64,000 nucleotides of DNA. Origin: a virus. The stretch lies in UHGV virus genome UHGV-0028991; one strand, 5' to 3'. The first letter of the stretch is position 1. Every line of letters begins with the position of its first letter. Of the stretch, positions 18,035 to 27,820 are shown piece after piece. Under the pieces are notes generated by a model. It did no database searches. It saw only the letters and a list, made by a program, of their open reading frames with translations, and was not told where the DNA came from. The translations under genes were made by a program, and so were the position numbers.

Positions 18035-18289
18035 ATGAAAATTAACTGGAAGGTCAGACTGAAGAACAAGTATTTTTGGTTGACGATTATTCCTGCCCTG
18101 TTCCTTTTGGTCGGTCAGGTGCTTAGAGCGCTTGGCATTGATTATGATACGGACGCGGCGAGTGCGGCTGTGGTTGATGTTATCAATGCTATCTTTGCTC
18201 TTCTGTCCGCATTTGGTGTTGTGGTCGATATGACTACGCAGGGCATTAGCGACAGCGACAGAGCGCTGACTTACGACGAGCCTAACTAA
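18035..18289 (+). CDS. holin-like two-TM membrane protein (84 aa)
   Basis: MKINWKVRLKNKYFWLTIIPALFLL: the N-terminus and the two hydrophobic helices resemble phiLC3/Phage_holin_1-type holins. Confidence 0.45.
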   Translation: MKINWKVRLKNKYFWLTIIPALFLLVGQVLRALGIDYDTDAASAAVVDVINAIFALLSAFGVVVDMTTQGISDSDRALTYDEPN

Positions 18290-18300
18290 CGAGGTGTTGA

Positions 18301-19494
18301 ATGAAACGGAAAAACGGAGAATCGTTAATCCAGTATGCGGGGAGAGCTACTGATGCTCTCTCCGAAGGATTGATTGATTATAATGAATGGGCAGGGGCAG
18401 TCGTTGGAGACGGCGACATGTATGCCCGTGAAAATTTAAGAAGATGCAGTGTGTTCTTCAATCAATTTGTTCAAAATGTTAGAAATGATGTAATTGAAGG
18501 ATCTGATGAAGATGTTGACGAGCTGAGAGATGCCACAGACGCGCTTATTAAAGAGCGCAAGAAAATCGAGACGGCAAATCTTGAGCACCAAGAATATTTC
18601 AGAAAGGTTGCAAGGCAAGAGCTTCTGACGGAACAGATTGAAGAAGCAATTGGCAAGTTGCCGAAGATTCAGCCCGTTCACATGGATTATACCTATCCTG
18701 CTGAAACAACAGGGCTGTTGATTATTTCTGACGAGCATTTTGATTCGACCTTTGAAATTAAGGGGCTTTACGGCGAGACCGTCAATAAGTATGACAAAGA
18801 TGTGTTCAAGACACGAATGTGGCATTTGCTTGCAATGATGGAAAACGACCGCTTTGATTACGACCAGTTGTTTGTGGTCAGTGCGGGCGATGCCGTTGAG
18901 AACATTCTGCGCATGAGTTCGCTTCAGAAGTTGCGGCATGGAGTTATTGATTCTACTATTGAGTTTGCTGAATTTATGAGCCAGTGGCTCGTAGAAGCGA
19001 ATAAGCGGCTTGGCGTTCCGATTCGGTTCGCCATCATTTCCGGCAACCACGATGTGTCAAGAGTATTGACACAGACACCTGAATTTCCAGAAGAATCGCT
19101 TGCAAAGATTATTCATGCTTTTATGGATTTGAGGCTTGCTGATGTTTATGGCGTGAATGTCGAGCCTTACGGTGATGTATTCTTTACAAATCTTTACGGG
19201 TCTAATTTGTTGTTTGCTCATGGCGAGACGGGCGACCTTGTAAGCCTGATAAACTACTATGAAAACCTGTATAATATTGAGATTGATTGTCTGTATGCGG
19301 GACATTTGCACAGAAGCGAAACAAAGGCGGCTGGTGTCGGAGCGGTTGGAGACCGCGAAGTTATTCGTGTGCCGTCAATTTGTGGAACGGACACATACGC
19401 TAAGAAGATTCTAAAGAATTCTCGTGCGGGCGCTTACTTTGCATTGTACAGCGAGCTTGGACGAGAATTGAACAAGATATATTATTTGAATTAA
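18301..19494 (+). CDS. calcineurin-like metallophosphoesterase (397 aa)
   Basis: Phosphoesterase signature motifs ISDEHFD, AGDAVEN, ISGNHD, AHGE and GHLH; the N-terminal 120 aa form a coiled-coil extension. Confidence 0.6.
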   Translation: MKRKNGESLIQYAGRATDALSEGLIDYNEWAGAVVGDGDMYARENLRRCSVFFNQFVQNVRNDVIEGSDEDVDELRDATDALIKERKKIETANLEHQEYFRKVARQELLTEQIEEAIGKLPKIQPVHMDYTYPAETTGLLIISDEHFDSTFEIKGLYGETVNKYDKDVFKTRMWHLLAMMENDRFDYDQLFVVSAGDAVENILRMSSLQKLRHGVIDSTIEFAEFMSQWLVEANKRLGVPIRFAIISGNHDVSRVLTQTPEFPEESLAKIIHAFMDLRLADVYGVNVEPYGDVFFTNLYGSNLLFAHGETGDLVSLINYYENLYNIEIDCLYAGHLHRSETKAAGVGAVGDREVIRVPSICGTDTYAKKILKNSRAGAYFALYSELGRELNKIYYLN

Positions 19495-19498
19495 GTTT

Positions 19499-19531
19499 GA
19501 AGAGCGGGCTTTCTCGCTCTTCTTTCTTTTG
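19499..19531 (+). terminator. rho-independent terminator
   Basis: GAAGAGCG-ggctttct-CGCTCTTC stem followed by TTTCTTTTG. Confidence 0.6.
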
Positions 19532-19556
19532 CAATTGAATAAATGGAGGTGGGGCG

Positions 19557-20447
19557 GTGCCGACAGCAAAAAAGAAAGCTCCGACCAAAAGCATTAGGAC
19601 GGATAGCAGGAATGTGCGGCTGTGCATTGCCTGTGGGTCAAGAAAGCCAATAAGCGATTTTTACTCAACGACATCCGTTCCCAACATGCAATTTTTTGTG
19701 TGCCGCAGGTGTGGCAAAAGATTACTTAAAGACCACACAGATAAGGTAGAAAAGCCGATGGCAGCACTGTGGCTTGTTTTGGCGCAAATGGGCGTACCGT
19801 TCATTTTAGAGGCGTGGTACGCCGCTTCGGAAATGTATGAAAACGACAAAACGGGTGATTTAATTACATTCTACTTGATTTCGCTTGCTAACTTAAATCG
19901 CGTATATGAGGGCTTTTGGCAATCAGATGCCATGTTGTCCGACATGATAAAGACGGGCGTTGGTGGCGAAGTTAAGGATATTGACCGCCATCTCGCAGAC
20001 GCAAACAAGTATAGAGCGCGTTGGGGCGATTATACAGCCGATGATTGGGATTGGCTTGAAAGAGAATATTTAGACTATACGCGCGACCTCGAAGCCATAT
20101 CTGTTTCGGCGGAAAAGGCATATAGGTCTTTATGCAAATGCAATTTGCGCTTTAAGAAAGAAAGCGAGGCAGGCGAAGAAACAAAATCTACAACTGATGA
20201 AATCCTGAAATGGATGAAATTGTTGCGCATAGATGATTTCAGAGACAATACAAAATCGGACGAAGATAGATACATAGACCACTTGGCATGGAAATTTGAG
20301 AATACTGAGCCTGCTGAATTGACGGATGAGGAGCGGTATAAGGATGTTAAGGGCTATGAGAAAATATATAATGATTGGATGCGGTCAATGCAGAATATGA
20401 TTGCGGGGACGAAGAGCTACCCCAATATTCCTAAGGAGCAGTTGTAA
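19557..20447 (+). CDS. putative terminase small subunit or DNA-binding packaging protein (296 aa)
   Basis: GTG start after GGAGGTG RBS. N-terminal Zn-ribbon (CIACG...CRRCG). Its stop overlaps the start of the large terminase exon 1, which is the usual small-terminase position. Confidence 0.4.
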   Translation: MPTAKKKAPTKSIRTDSRNVRLCIACGSRKPISDFYSTTSVPNMQFFVCRRCGKRLLKDHTDKVEKPMAALWLVLAQMGVPFILEAWYAASEMYENDKTGDLITFYLISLANLNRVYEGFWQSDAMLSDMIKTGVGGEVKDIDRHLADANKYRARWGDYTADDWDWLEREYLDYTRDLEAISVSAEKAYRSLCKCNLRFKKESEAGEETKSTTDEILKWMKLLRIDDFRDNTKSDEDRYIDHLAWKFENTEPAELTDEERYKDVKGYEKIYNDWMRSMQNMIAGTKSYPNIPKEQL

Positions 20448-21331
20448 TGCCGACCGCAAGAGAAAACGAACAATTCCGCAAGTCCGAAAATGTCAAAAAG
20501 TGGATAACTTATTATCGCAGGAATTGGGACTTATTTGCTGAAGAAGTTCTTGGCATTAAGCTATATCCTGTGCAGAAGCTGAAATTGCACATGATAGGTG
20601 TTGCCGACGAATATTGGGACTTTTCGTCTCGTTCAACGGCGAAGTCTTTTATTGTTGGTGTTGCCGCATTTTGTGCAATGAGTTTATATCCGCATTCAGA
20701 AATTGTTGTTACATCATCTTCTATCCCGCAGTCTGCAAGACTTGTAAGAGATAAGATGATAAAAGAAATCATTAAGAAATATTCGCCATATTTGAAGTAT
20801 TTGTATGAGAAGGGCTATTTGACAGTTAAAATGCTTGATGAGGGCGTTTTCGTCTTAACGAACACATTAAATGAATCAACGACAACGGTCGCTGTGTGTT
20901 CTGAAAATGCTCGTGGTATGCGTTCCACATTTACGATATATGAAGAGACGCGATTGCTGAAGAAGTCAATTCTCGACTCTGTATTTGAGCCGATGGGGCA
21001 CGAGCGTCCTGCGCCGTTTACACTTGACCCTAAGTATAAAACAGACAGGTGGATAAAGGCGGCAAAATCTTGCTATATTTCATCTACTCGGTATGAGTGG
21101 GAATGGTTTATCAGAGAATACAGAAAATGCGTTGAGGGCTATTATACATCAAAGCACGAGAAGTACATTCCTATGGCAGAGGACATTTATACTGCAATTC
21201 AAGAAGGAAGCCGAACATGGGCGGACTATCGAAAGGCAAAGAAGAAAATGTCCAAAGCGGATTTGAAAAGGTTCGCATTAAACATATTGAATTGCTGGAA
21301 TACCCTTAGAGTTTTATCAGCTACAACATAA
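20447..21331 (+). CDS. terminase large subunit, exon 1 (ATPase domain, 294 aa)
   Basis: Deviant Walker A FSSRSTAKSF (PBSX-type GRGSGKS analogue), Walker B TFTIYEE. The ORF ends with an in-frame stop exactly where intron-like sequence begins. Confidence 0.6.
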   Translation: MPTARENEQFRKSENVKKWITYYRRNWDLFAEEVLGIKLYPVQKLKLHMIGVADEYWDFSSRSTAKSFIVGVAAFCAMSLYPHSEIVVTSSSIPQSARLVRDKMIKEIIKKYSPYLKYLYEKGYLTVKMLDEGVFVLTNTLNESTTTVAVCSENARGMRSTFTIYEETRLLKKSILDSVFEPMGHERPAPFTLDPKYKTDRWIKAAKSCYISSTRYEWEWFIREYRKCVEGYYTSKHEKYIPMAEDIYTAIQEGSRTWADYRKAKKKMSKADLKRFALNILNCWNTLRVLSATT

Positions 21332-22547
21332 GCATGAAATAAGGCTAAGTGTGATATGCGAGAAAATGATAGAAATTGGGCAATCAGCAGCGAAGCCTCG
21401 AATAGAGGAACGTTCAACGACTATCCCGCAAGGGAGTACACAACAAGCGATTGGTTGTGGAAGTGGTATGCCTTTGCACAAAAGCAAAGTGAAGATATAG
21501 TCTTATCTGCGCGGAAACGCGCAGTCTTTCAAAAAAATGAGAGAAACGAGGAGTAGCGACCTATGCTTAAAAGAGTAAATGGGGGACAGCAAGTTGCAAA
21601 TTGTTTTTGTTTGTCTGCAAACAAACAAATTACCCCATTTGTTCTTGAATAATAATCTTTGTTGCAGGAAGGATTTTATAGCATGAATATTTTTGAGGTT
21701 AATGATAAAAATAAATTCTCTTTTAGTTGTATTTATTTATGGCAAAATCTAATAAATGGGAAGGTTTATGTTGGGCAGACGGTGGATTTTTATGCCCGCA
21801 TGAAACAATATTTACGCGAAGACACAAGTAGGCGTATCTGCATGGCTATTAAAAAGTATGGATTTGATAACTTTAGTGTTGAAGTGTTGGAAAGAGACGT
21901 GTCGCACCAAAATTTAACACAACGCGAGCAGTATTGGATAGATTTTTATGATAGTGCCAACGAAGACGTCGGATACAACATATGTCCGGTAGCGGAAAGC
22001 ACAAGAGGATATCACCACAGAGAAGAAGACAAGAAGAGAATGAGCGAAATAGCCAAAAAACGTTTCAAAGAACACCCAGAACAAATAAAACGCGGGAAAG
22101 AGAATCACATGTTCGGCAAAAAACATTCCGAAGAGACAAAAAAGAAAATAAGCCAAAGTATAATGGGCAACCAAAATGTAAAAGGCAAAACATGGAAGCT
22201 TTCGGAAGAAATATGTCGTCGTAGGTCGGAGAGGATGAAAGGTAAGAGGAATGGAGTGGGGCACAAATGTCCAGAAAGCGTAAAAGAGCATCTTAGAAGA
22301 TATAATAAAAATCGAATCTGGACAGAGGAGATGCGAGAGCAATCGCGGATTGCACATCTTAACATTGGCGGGAAGAAACTGATGTGTGTCGAAACGGGAG
22401 TCACTTATGAATCCGTGGCTGAAGCGGGTCGTGCCTTGAACAAGGACCCGTCCTCAATTTCTAAGTGTTGTCGCGGGCAACAACGAATCGCATATGGATT
22501 TCACTGGCAATATATATAATTAACCTCAAAAAAAATAGTTTAAAAAA
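21332..22547 (+). mobile_element. group I intron in the large terminase gene carrying a GIY-YIG homing endonuclease gene
   Basis: R-like element GTTCAACGACTATCC at about 21412-21426 and S-like element GAAGATATAGTCTTA at about 21491-21505 (the two strands of P7). P/Q-like AAATTGGGCAATCAGCAGCG at about 21381-21400. The homing endonuclease ORF lies downstream of S; boundaries are approximate. Confidence 0.6.
21683..22519 (+). CDS. GIY-YIG homing endonuclease (intron-encoded)
   Basis: CIYLWQNLINGKVYVGQTVDFYARMKQY is a GIY-YIG motif. NUMOD3-like repeats GKKHSEETKKKIS and HKCPESVKEHL. C-terminal NUMOD1/HTH-like VAEAGRALNKDPSSISKCC. Confidence 0.75.
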   Translation: MNIFEVNDKNKFSFSCIYLWQNLINGKVYVGQTVDFYARMKQYLREDTSRRICMAIKKYGFDNFSVEVLERDVSHQNLTQREQYWIDFYDSANEDVGYNICPVAESTRGYHHREEDKKRMSEIAKKRFKEHPEQIKRGKENHMFGKKHSEETKKKISQSIMGNQNVKGKTWKLSEEICRRRSERMKGKRNGVGHKCPESVKEHLRRYNKNRIWTEEMREQSRIAHLNIGGKKLMCVETGVTYESVAEAGRALNKDPSSISKCCRGQQRIAYGFHWQYI

Positions 22548-23528
22548 ATGTTTTCAATGGAGATGGAAAATGAAACACAGGGTAGTCCCGAAGGTGCATT
22601 CTTTAGCCTAAAGAATTTTAAGGACAATCAAGAAATTCCAGAGGCATATGTTCCGCCTACCGATACACAAGTGTTGGCGAACACAAAGCCGCCGTTCAGA
22701 GAAAAACAAGCGGACGAAATACGGCTTGTCGGCGTTGACTACGCATTTGCGAACACAACATTTAAGACGGGATACGGCAACGATAATACAATTATTGAGT
22801 GCTGGTCGGCTGTCTGGAAAAACGGTCGGTTCATTCGTAGTCTTGAATATATGGAACAATGGCCCGCATCGGACAGTACAGGCGCACAATGGCGCGTTCG
22901 TGAGCTGTTTTGGGACTATAATGCGGACTTCATTGTAAACGACCTTAGAGCAGGCGGAGAAACACTATATAACCTTATGACCGAAAAAAGGACGCATCCA
23001 AGGCGCGGCTATATGTGGGATTCACGAGGATTGACAGTCGCTCAGAATTTTAACTATCACCTCGTAACAGAATCAAAGCTTGCCGACTTGCGTATGCGGA
23101 CGGTCGATAAGGATGCTGTTCCGTGTATTATTCCTGCTCAGGGCTCGGCACAAAAGAATGGTGTTTGGTGGCTTGCACTTAGAAAGCATCTTGAATGCAA
23201 TGACATAAAGATGCTTATATCTATGGCAGACAAGCAGCAAGAGCTTGAAGATTCGGGCGAGTATTTCAAATTGACCTCAGAAGAATTGGCAGATAAGCTT
23301 GCCCCTTATGGCGAGACAGACCTGCTTATTCAGGAGGCAATCAAACTTAACACAGAAATAAAGGGCGATAACTTATATCTTAAAGAAGACAACAAGGCGA
23401 CTAAAGACCGTGTTGTTGTTATGTCTTATGTCAACATTGTAATTGATAAAATCGAAATGGAATGGAATAAACGCCTGACCAATGACGATGAAGATTATGA
23501 TATTGACGATTTACAACTTGTATATTAA
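22548..23528 (+). CDS. terminase large subunit, exon 2 (RNase H-like nuclease domain)
   Basis: IRLVGVDYAF is the typical nuclease-domain motif with a catalytic Asp. The reading frame is open from 22539. Together with exon 1 it gives a large terminase of roughly 620 aa. Confidence 0.6.
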   Translation: MFSMEMENETQGSPEGAFFSLKNFKDNQEIPEAYVPPTDTQVLANTKPPFREKQADEIRLVGVDYAFANTTFKTGYGNDNTIIECWSAVWKNGRFIRSLEYMEQWPASDSTGAQWRVRELFWDYNADFIVNDLRAGGETLYNLMTEKRTHPRRGYMWDSRGLTVAQNFNYHLVTESKLADLRMRTVDKDAVPCIIPAQGSAQKNGVWWLALRKHLECNDIKMLISMADKQQELEDSGEYFKLTSEELADKLAPYGETDLLIQEAIKLNTEIKGDNLYLKEDNKATKDRVVVMSYVNIVIDKIEMEWNKRLTNDDEDYDIDDLQLVY

Positions 23529-23549
23529 CGGACAGAAAGGAGGTGCGGT

Positions 23550-25118
23550 GTGAACGGAAAAGAAAGGCTTGAAAGAGAAGAGCTTGAGGACATTATAAAG
23601 TTTTCTGAGGGGCTTGCCTTTATGGATTCTAATTACTATTCGCCATTTTTATCAAATGAGCTTTTGCAGAATTTGAACACAATTAAGGGCGTGCCGTCTT
23701 ATGATGCCATTCAAAAGGCATTGGTTGATTTTAATTCGTGTCCTGAAAATCTGCAAATGTATAATGAGTTCGCGGCTCAATTCAACATGATATTCAGGCG
23801 CACCCTGTATTCTTATGTAAATTCTTTGGCGCTTGATCTGTCTTATGTGTGTACAAATGCATATACAAAGGCGGACTATGAAAGCGCTGAATATGTAAAA
23901 GATAAAGCGCGGGTCGAGGACTTTCTTCTTAACTTTGATTACAAGAAAGAATTCCATAATGTCTTGATGAATGTCATGCGGCGCGAAACATATTTTACAT
24001 GGTTTCGCAAATCAAAGCCTGGTAATGGCAACAAGAAAATGCGGTATGCATTGCAGATGATGCCACAAGACAGATGTATGATTACGGGCTATTGGGAAAA
24101 GGGTTTGCTTTACTCAATGGACATGACATACTTCATGCAGCCGGGCGTTGATATTGGTGAATTTGACCCCGCTATACGCAAGATGTATGAGCGGGTTATG
24201 GAATCTCCAGGCATTGATTATAAACCGTCTGCGCCATTAAATAAGCGAACTGGCACATATGCATTGTGGGCAGATGCGTCACCTGTTCTCGGAGCCTATG
24301 CTTTCAAAATGGACCCATCAACATTTTCGCCCGTGCCGTTCTTGGCATCTTTTGTTAAGAATATTATTCGGGACGAAGAAGTTGAGCGCTTGCAATACAA
24401 TAAAGACCTGATTTCGGCATATGCAATTCTTGTCGGAACAATTCGGCTTTATGATGGTGCAAAATCCGGTGAACAAAAAGACCAGTTTGCAATTAACCTT
24501 AAACTGCTTGGGCAGCTTATGGCAAAGGCAAAGGCGGGATTCGGTTCTCTTGTTAAATTGGGGGCAATGCCTACCGAAGACAATAAACTGTTCCAGTTTG
24601 AGGATAAAAACGGCAACATGTATAAAGACCAAGTTGCGACCACTGCTGCAAGTGGCACTGGCATTAGCCGCGTCATTTATTCTACTGATAGAGTAAGCGC
24701 GGCGGAGCTTGAGGCTCAGCAGAACGAAGTTTATCAAACCATGCGCCCGATGTATGCGCAGTTTAATAACTTTATGGATTTCTTTGTTAATCAAATGACA
24801 AAGAAGTATAAGTTCAAGTTTACATTTGACGGCGCGACATATAGATATGATCGCACTCAAAGATTTGACCAAATTAACAAATTGGCAGACAGGGGCATTG
24901 TTTTGCCGCCATCTGCTTGGGCATCTGTTTTAGGGCAGAACCCCGCATTGTTTGAGGCGGCTTTGAGAGAGAGCAAGAACACTGGATGGCTTGAGCAATA
25001 TAGCCAACTTATGGTAAACATCAATACAACTTCGCAGGAATCAGAAGGTGGCAGACCGCGCGAAGAAGGAGCGGTAGATGCTGCGACCGAGGCAAGCCGC
25101 GAATTGTATGCCGATTAA
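23550..25118 (+). CDS. portal protein (522 aa)
   Basis: Size, position immediately after the large terminase, and an acidic C-terminus; GTG start after GGAGGTG. Confidence 0.55.
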   Translation: MNGKERLEREELEDIIKFSEGLAFMDSNYYSPFLSNELLQNLNTIKGVPSYDAIQKALVDFNSCPENLQMYNEFAAQFNMIFRRTLYSYVNSLALDLSYVCTNAYTKADYESAEYVKDKARVEDFLLNFDYKKEFHNVLMNVMRRETYFTWFRKSKPGNGNKKMRYALQMMPQDRCMITGYWEKGLLYSMDMTYFMQPGVDIGEFDPAIRKMYERVMESPGIDYKPSAPLNKRTGTYALWADASPVLGAYAFKMDPSTFSPVPFLASFVKNIIRDEEVERLQYNKDLISAYAILVGTIRLYDGAKSGEQKDQFAINLKLLGQLMAKAKAGFGSLVKLGAMPTEDNKLFQFEDKNGNMYKDQVATTAASGTGISRVIYSTDRVSAAELEAQQNEVYQTMRPMYAQFNNFMDFFVNQMTKKYKFKFTFDGATYRYDRTQRFDQINKLADRGIVLPPSAWASVLGQNPALFEAALRESKNTGWLEQYSQLMVNINTTSQESEGGRPREEGAVDAATEASRELYAD

Positions 25119-25134
25119 GAAGCAGGGGTAAGAT

Positions 25135-25320
25135 ATGATTATTCTTGGAAGTCCAAAAGACGATGAACTTGACCAGTATATCTGTCTCGACGGACCTATT
25201 GCGAATGGTGCACATGCCGCAGGAATCCCGCCTAAGTATAAAGACGCTGACGGCTTTCTGTGGTTTAAGCGCACTAAAAAGTTATTGAGGTTTTTAGCGG
25301 ATATTAGTTATGAGCCTTGA
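25135..25320 (+). CDS. small protein, paralogue A (61 aa)
   Basis: YICLDGPIANGAHAAGIPPKYKDADGFLWFKRTKKLLRFLADI is homologous to the product of 25917-26105. Confidence 0.5.
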   Translation: MIILGSPKDDELDQYICLDGPIANGAHAAGIPPKYKDADGFLWFKRTKKLLRFLADISYEP

Positions 25321-25402
25321 TATATTAAGGAAAGCGAAAAACATCAAAAGGTTTTATTTGGGAATATGCAAGCCGTGAGATGCTTGAATGAGGATGAATA
25401 AT

Positions 25403-25915
25403 ATGATTGTATCTAAGAATACGCAAGATGCGCTGATGGAGCTTATTAAGCAGTGTTTTGTCGAGAACCGCAAATTCGACCGCATGGTGTCTGTGCTCGG
25501 CGTCAAGTTTGCCATGAACCAAACTGCCGACCGCATTCATCATGGTATTGCACATTGGTTTCCTGCACTGAGTGACCTAATTGGCGAGCGCACGTTGGAG
25601 CGTTATAATATCGCCGTCATCTATGGCGAGACGCCAAGTGGCGCTGAGGATTATGACAGAGCCGGCGACATTATTGCTGAGGTTGAACGACGTGTCATTG
25701 ATTTCCAGATGATGTTTATGGGCGTATGCAAAATTGCGCTTGATAACAACGACATCCATGTTTATGCCGATTTGCTGGATATGTTGGAGGATGTAAATGA
25801 AATCGTCGAGCAGGTAATTTTGCTCAATGATAAGATGGTCATTTATGGCGATGAAAGAATCGGCGCTTATGACCACGATGTTCCTGACTTTTGGATTCTC
25901 AAGGAGTCCAACTAA
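25403..25915 (+). CDS. hypothetical protein (about 170 aa) inserted between the two paralogues
   Basis: GAGGA RBS upstream of MIVSKNTQDAL; no motif. Confidence 0.4.
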   Translation: MIVSKNTQDALMELIKQCFVENRKFDRMVSVLGVKFAMNQTADRIHHGIAHWFPALSDLIGERTLERYNIAVIYGETPSGAEDYDRAGDIIAEVERRVIDFQMMFMGVCKIALDNNDIHVYADLLDMLEDVNEIVEQVILLNDKMVIYGDERIGAYDHDVPDFWILKESN

Positions 25916-25916
25916 C

Positions 25917-26105
25917 ATGATTCGACTTGGCACACCTGCAGATGTGAGTAAATATGTATGCCTTGATGGCAATTTGGCGTTTATGGCGCATCATGCAGGT
26001 AACATTCCTGGGTGGAAAGATGATGATGATAGCTTGTGGTTCAAGCGCACTAAAAAGATTAAAAAGATGTTGAAGTTCTGTGCTGATAACGGCATTGAGC
26101 TTTAA
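25917..26105 (+). CDS. small protein, paralogue B (62 aa)
   Basis: YVCLDGNLAFMAHHAGNIPGWKDDDDSLWFKRTKKIKKMLKFCADN, paralogous to 25135-25320; GGAG RBS. Confidence 0.5.
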   Translation: MIRLGTPADVSKYVCLDGNLAFMAHHAGNIPGWKDDDDSLWFKRTKKIKKMLKFCADNGIEL

Positions 26106-26140
26106 TATATTTGCTATCCTTGAGGAAAGGAGGTAAGGAA

Positions 26141-27802
26141 TTGCAGAGAGAATATAACTTTGCAGTAGAGGAAATCAAGCGGATTGAATTTTCCGATTAT
26201 GACGAGCAGGAGTTCAGCATTGCCAGATTGGGCTTTATTTCTACTCGCCCTAACAGCCATGGTATTGGCATTGATGAGGATTGCTTGCGGGCATCTGCGC
26301 CGTCTGCGCTTGGTATGTGGATTGTGGCTAAGATGTTTATGGGTGATGCGACCACGCATGAAGCCGATGAGCATATTGTGGGCATGATTCCCAAAGACCA
26401 AGACATTGAGTTCGTTGAAGATAACAACGGTTATCTGCGGGCATATTGCGACGCTATCATTAGTAAGCGATATGCGGCTGATTTCTGTGAGATTTTTGAG
26501 AAAGACAATGAACGCGCAGTTAGCATCGAGGCGAAATTCACTATGAAGCCAGATGATGAAAATGAGGCCGAGTCGTTTAGTATCAAGGGTGTGACTGTGT
26601 TGGGTAAACGTGTTAAACCCAGCTGTCCTGAGAGCGATATTGCATTTGTGCGGTTCAGTGAAAGCGACGCCGAGGATTATTATCGTGCGCGTCATGGCGA
26701 TGCCGTATCTAATCTAACCAAATTTGTTGAAACGAGGAAACAATCTATGGCTGAAAAGAAATATGTATCTCATCCCATCAACACTTCTAAAGACGCCGTT
26801 TATACTGGTGAGTGGGATGGAAACAAGGCCAAGCAAGATTTGATTAAAGAGAAGAATTATAAATCTCTCGCACCAAAGGTCTGTCTCAATCTTGAGGAAG
26901 GCTGGGAGGACAGAGAGGTGACTAAGCTTGGCTACCCCGTAATGGGGTTGTTCGACGGCGAATGGCGTTATTCAACTCGTGCTCTTGCTTCTGCTTTGGC
27001 TTATGCTAAACAGAATGACGAGCAGGAGGTTTTGAATAAATTAAAAGAAATCTATGATGAATTAGATTTGAATGAAAAGGGAAAGGAGGACGATGAAAAA
27101 ATGAGCAAAGAAGTTGCATTTGCGGCTGTTGACCTCAATCTTATGTGGACGAAAATCAATGATGAGCTTCGTGCAAGAAATTATGATTGGCGTTGGTACA
27201 TTGACGGCATTTTTGAACAGGACAATAAAAAGTTCGTGATTATCAGAAATGATGACGGCGACAGATTCCGTATTAATTTTAGCTATACGGAAGATGGGCT
27301 GTTCATGGACGATGAAATGGTCAAAGTTGACATTGAGTTTGTCGAAACCGATGATATTAAGCGGTTCTCTTGCCCTGAAGAGTTCAAACATCTCATGGGT
27401 GAAGAGGGCAAGTCTGAAGATGAGCCCGACGAAAAAGACGCAATTATTATGCAGAAAGATGCCGAAATCGACGAGTTGAGAAAAGAGCTTGACGAACTGA
27501 AAGCATACAAGGCGGCGATTGAAGAAAAAGAGATTGCTAAGCGCGTTGAAGATATTTTGGATGAAGTCAAGGATTATCTTGATACCGACAAATATCAGGA
27601 ACTGCGTGCCGAGGGACTTGCTTGTGGCAAGGACGAGATTGATGCTTTTGGTAATAAGGTTAAGGCACAGTGCTTTAATGCGTTCAAAAAGGCGGCAAAG
27701 AAAGACGCAGATAAAATCTTCGCTTTCTCTAAACCGATTGAAATTCAAAAGAAAGATATGTCTACCATGAATGTATGGGACAGAATCAAAGAAAATTATT
27801 AA
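26141..27802 (+). CDS. putative prohead protease/scaffolding fusion protein (about 553 aa)
   Basis: TTG start 7 nt after AGGAGG. N-terminal globular domain, then a long acidic coiled-coil C-terminus typical of scaffolds. Lies between portal and capsid. Confidence 0.4.
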   Translation: MQREYNFAVEEIKRIEFSDYDEQEFSIARLGFISTRPNSHGIGIDEDCLRASAPSALGMWIVAKMFMGDATTHEADEHIVGMIPKDQDIEFVEDNNGYLRAYCDAIISKRYAADFCEIFEKDNERAVSIEAKFTMKPDDENEAESFSIKGVTVLGKRVKPSCPESDIAFVRFSESDAEDYYRARHGDAVSNLTKFVETRKQSMAEKKYVSHPINTSKDAVYTGEWDGNKAKQDLIKEKNYKSLAPKVCLNLEEGWEDREVTKLGYPVMGLFDGEWRYSTRALASALAYAKQNDEQEVLNKLKEIYDELDLNEKGKEDDEKMSKEVAFAAVDLNLMWTKINDELRARNYDWRWYIDGIFEQDNKKFVIIRNDDGDRFRINFSYTEDGLFMDDEMVKVDIEFVETDDIKRFSCPEEFKHLMGEEGKSEDEPDEKDAIIMQKDAEIDELRKELDELKAYKAAIEEKEIAKRVEDILDEVKDYLDTDKYQELRAEGLACGKDEIDAFGNKVKAQCFNAFKKAAKKDADKIFAFSKPIEIQKKDMSTMNVWDRIKENY

Positions 27803-27820
27803 GATAGGAGATTAAATAAT

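Noticed and set aside
21356-21556. 66-aa ORF inside the large terminase intron upstream of the homing endonuclease gene
   Set aside because: It overlaps the predicted ribozyme core (R and S elements) and has no RBS. It is most likely not coding.
26111-26140. Upstream TTG start (26111) for the protease/scaffold gene
   Set aside because: The AGGAGG RBS lies inside this extension. The TTG at 26141 is correctly spaced from it.
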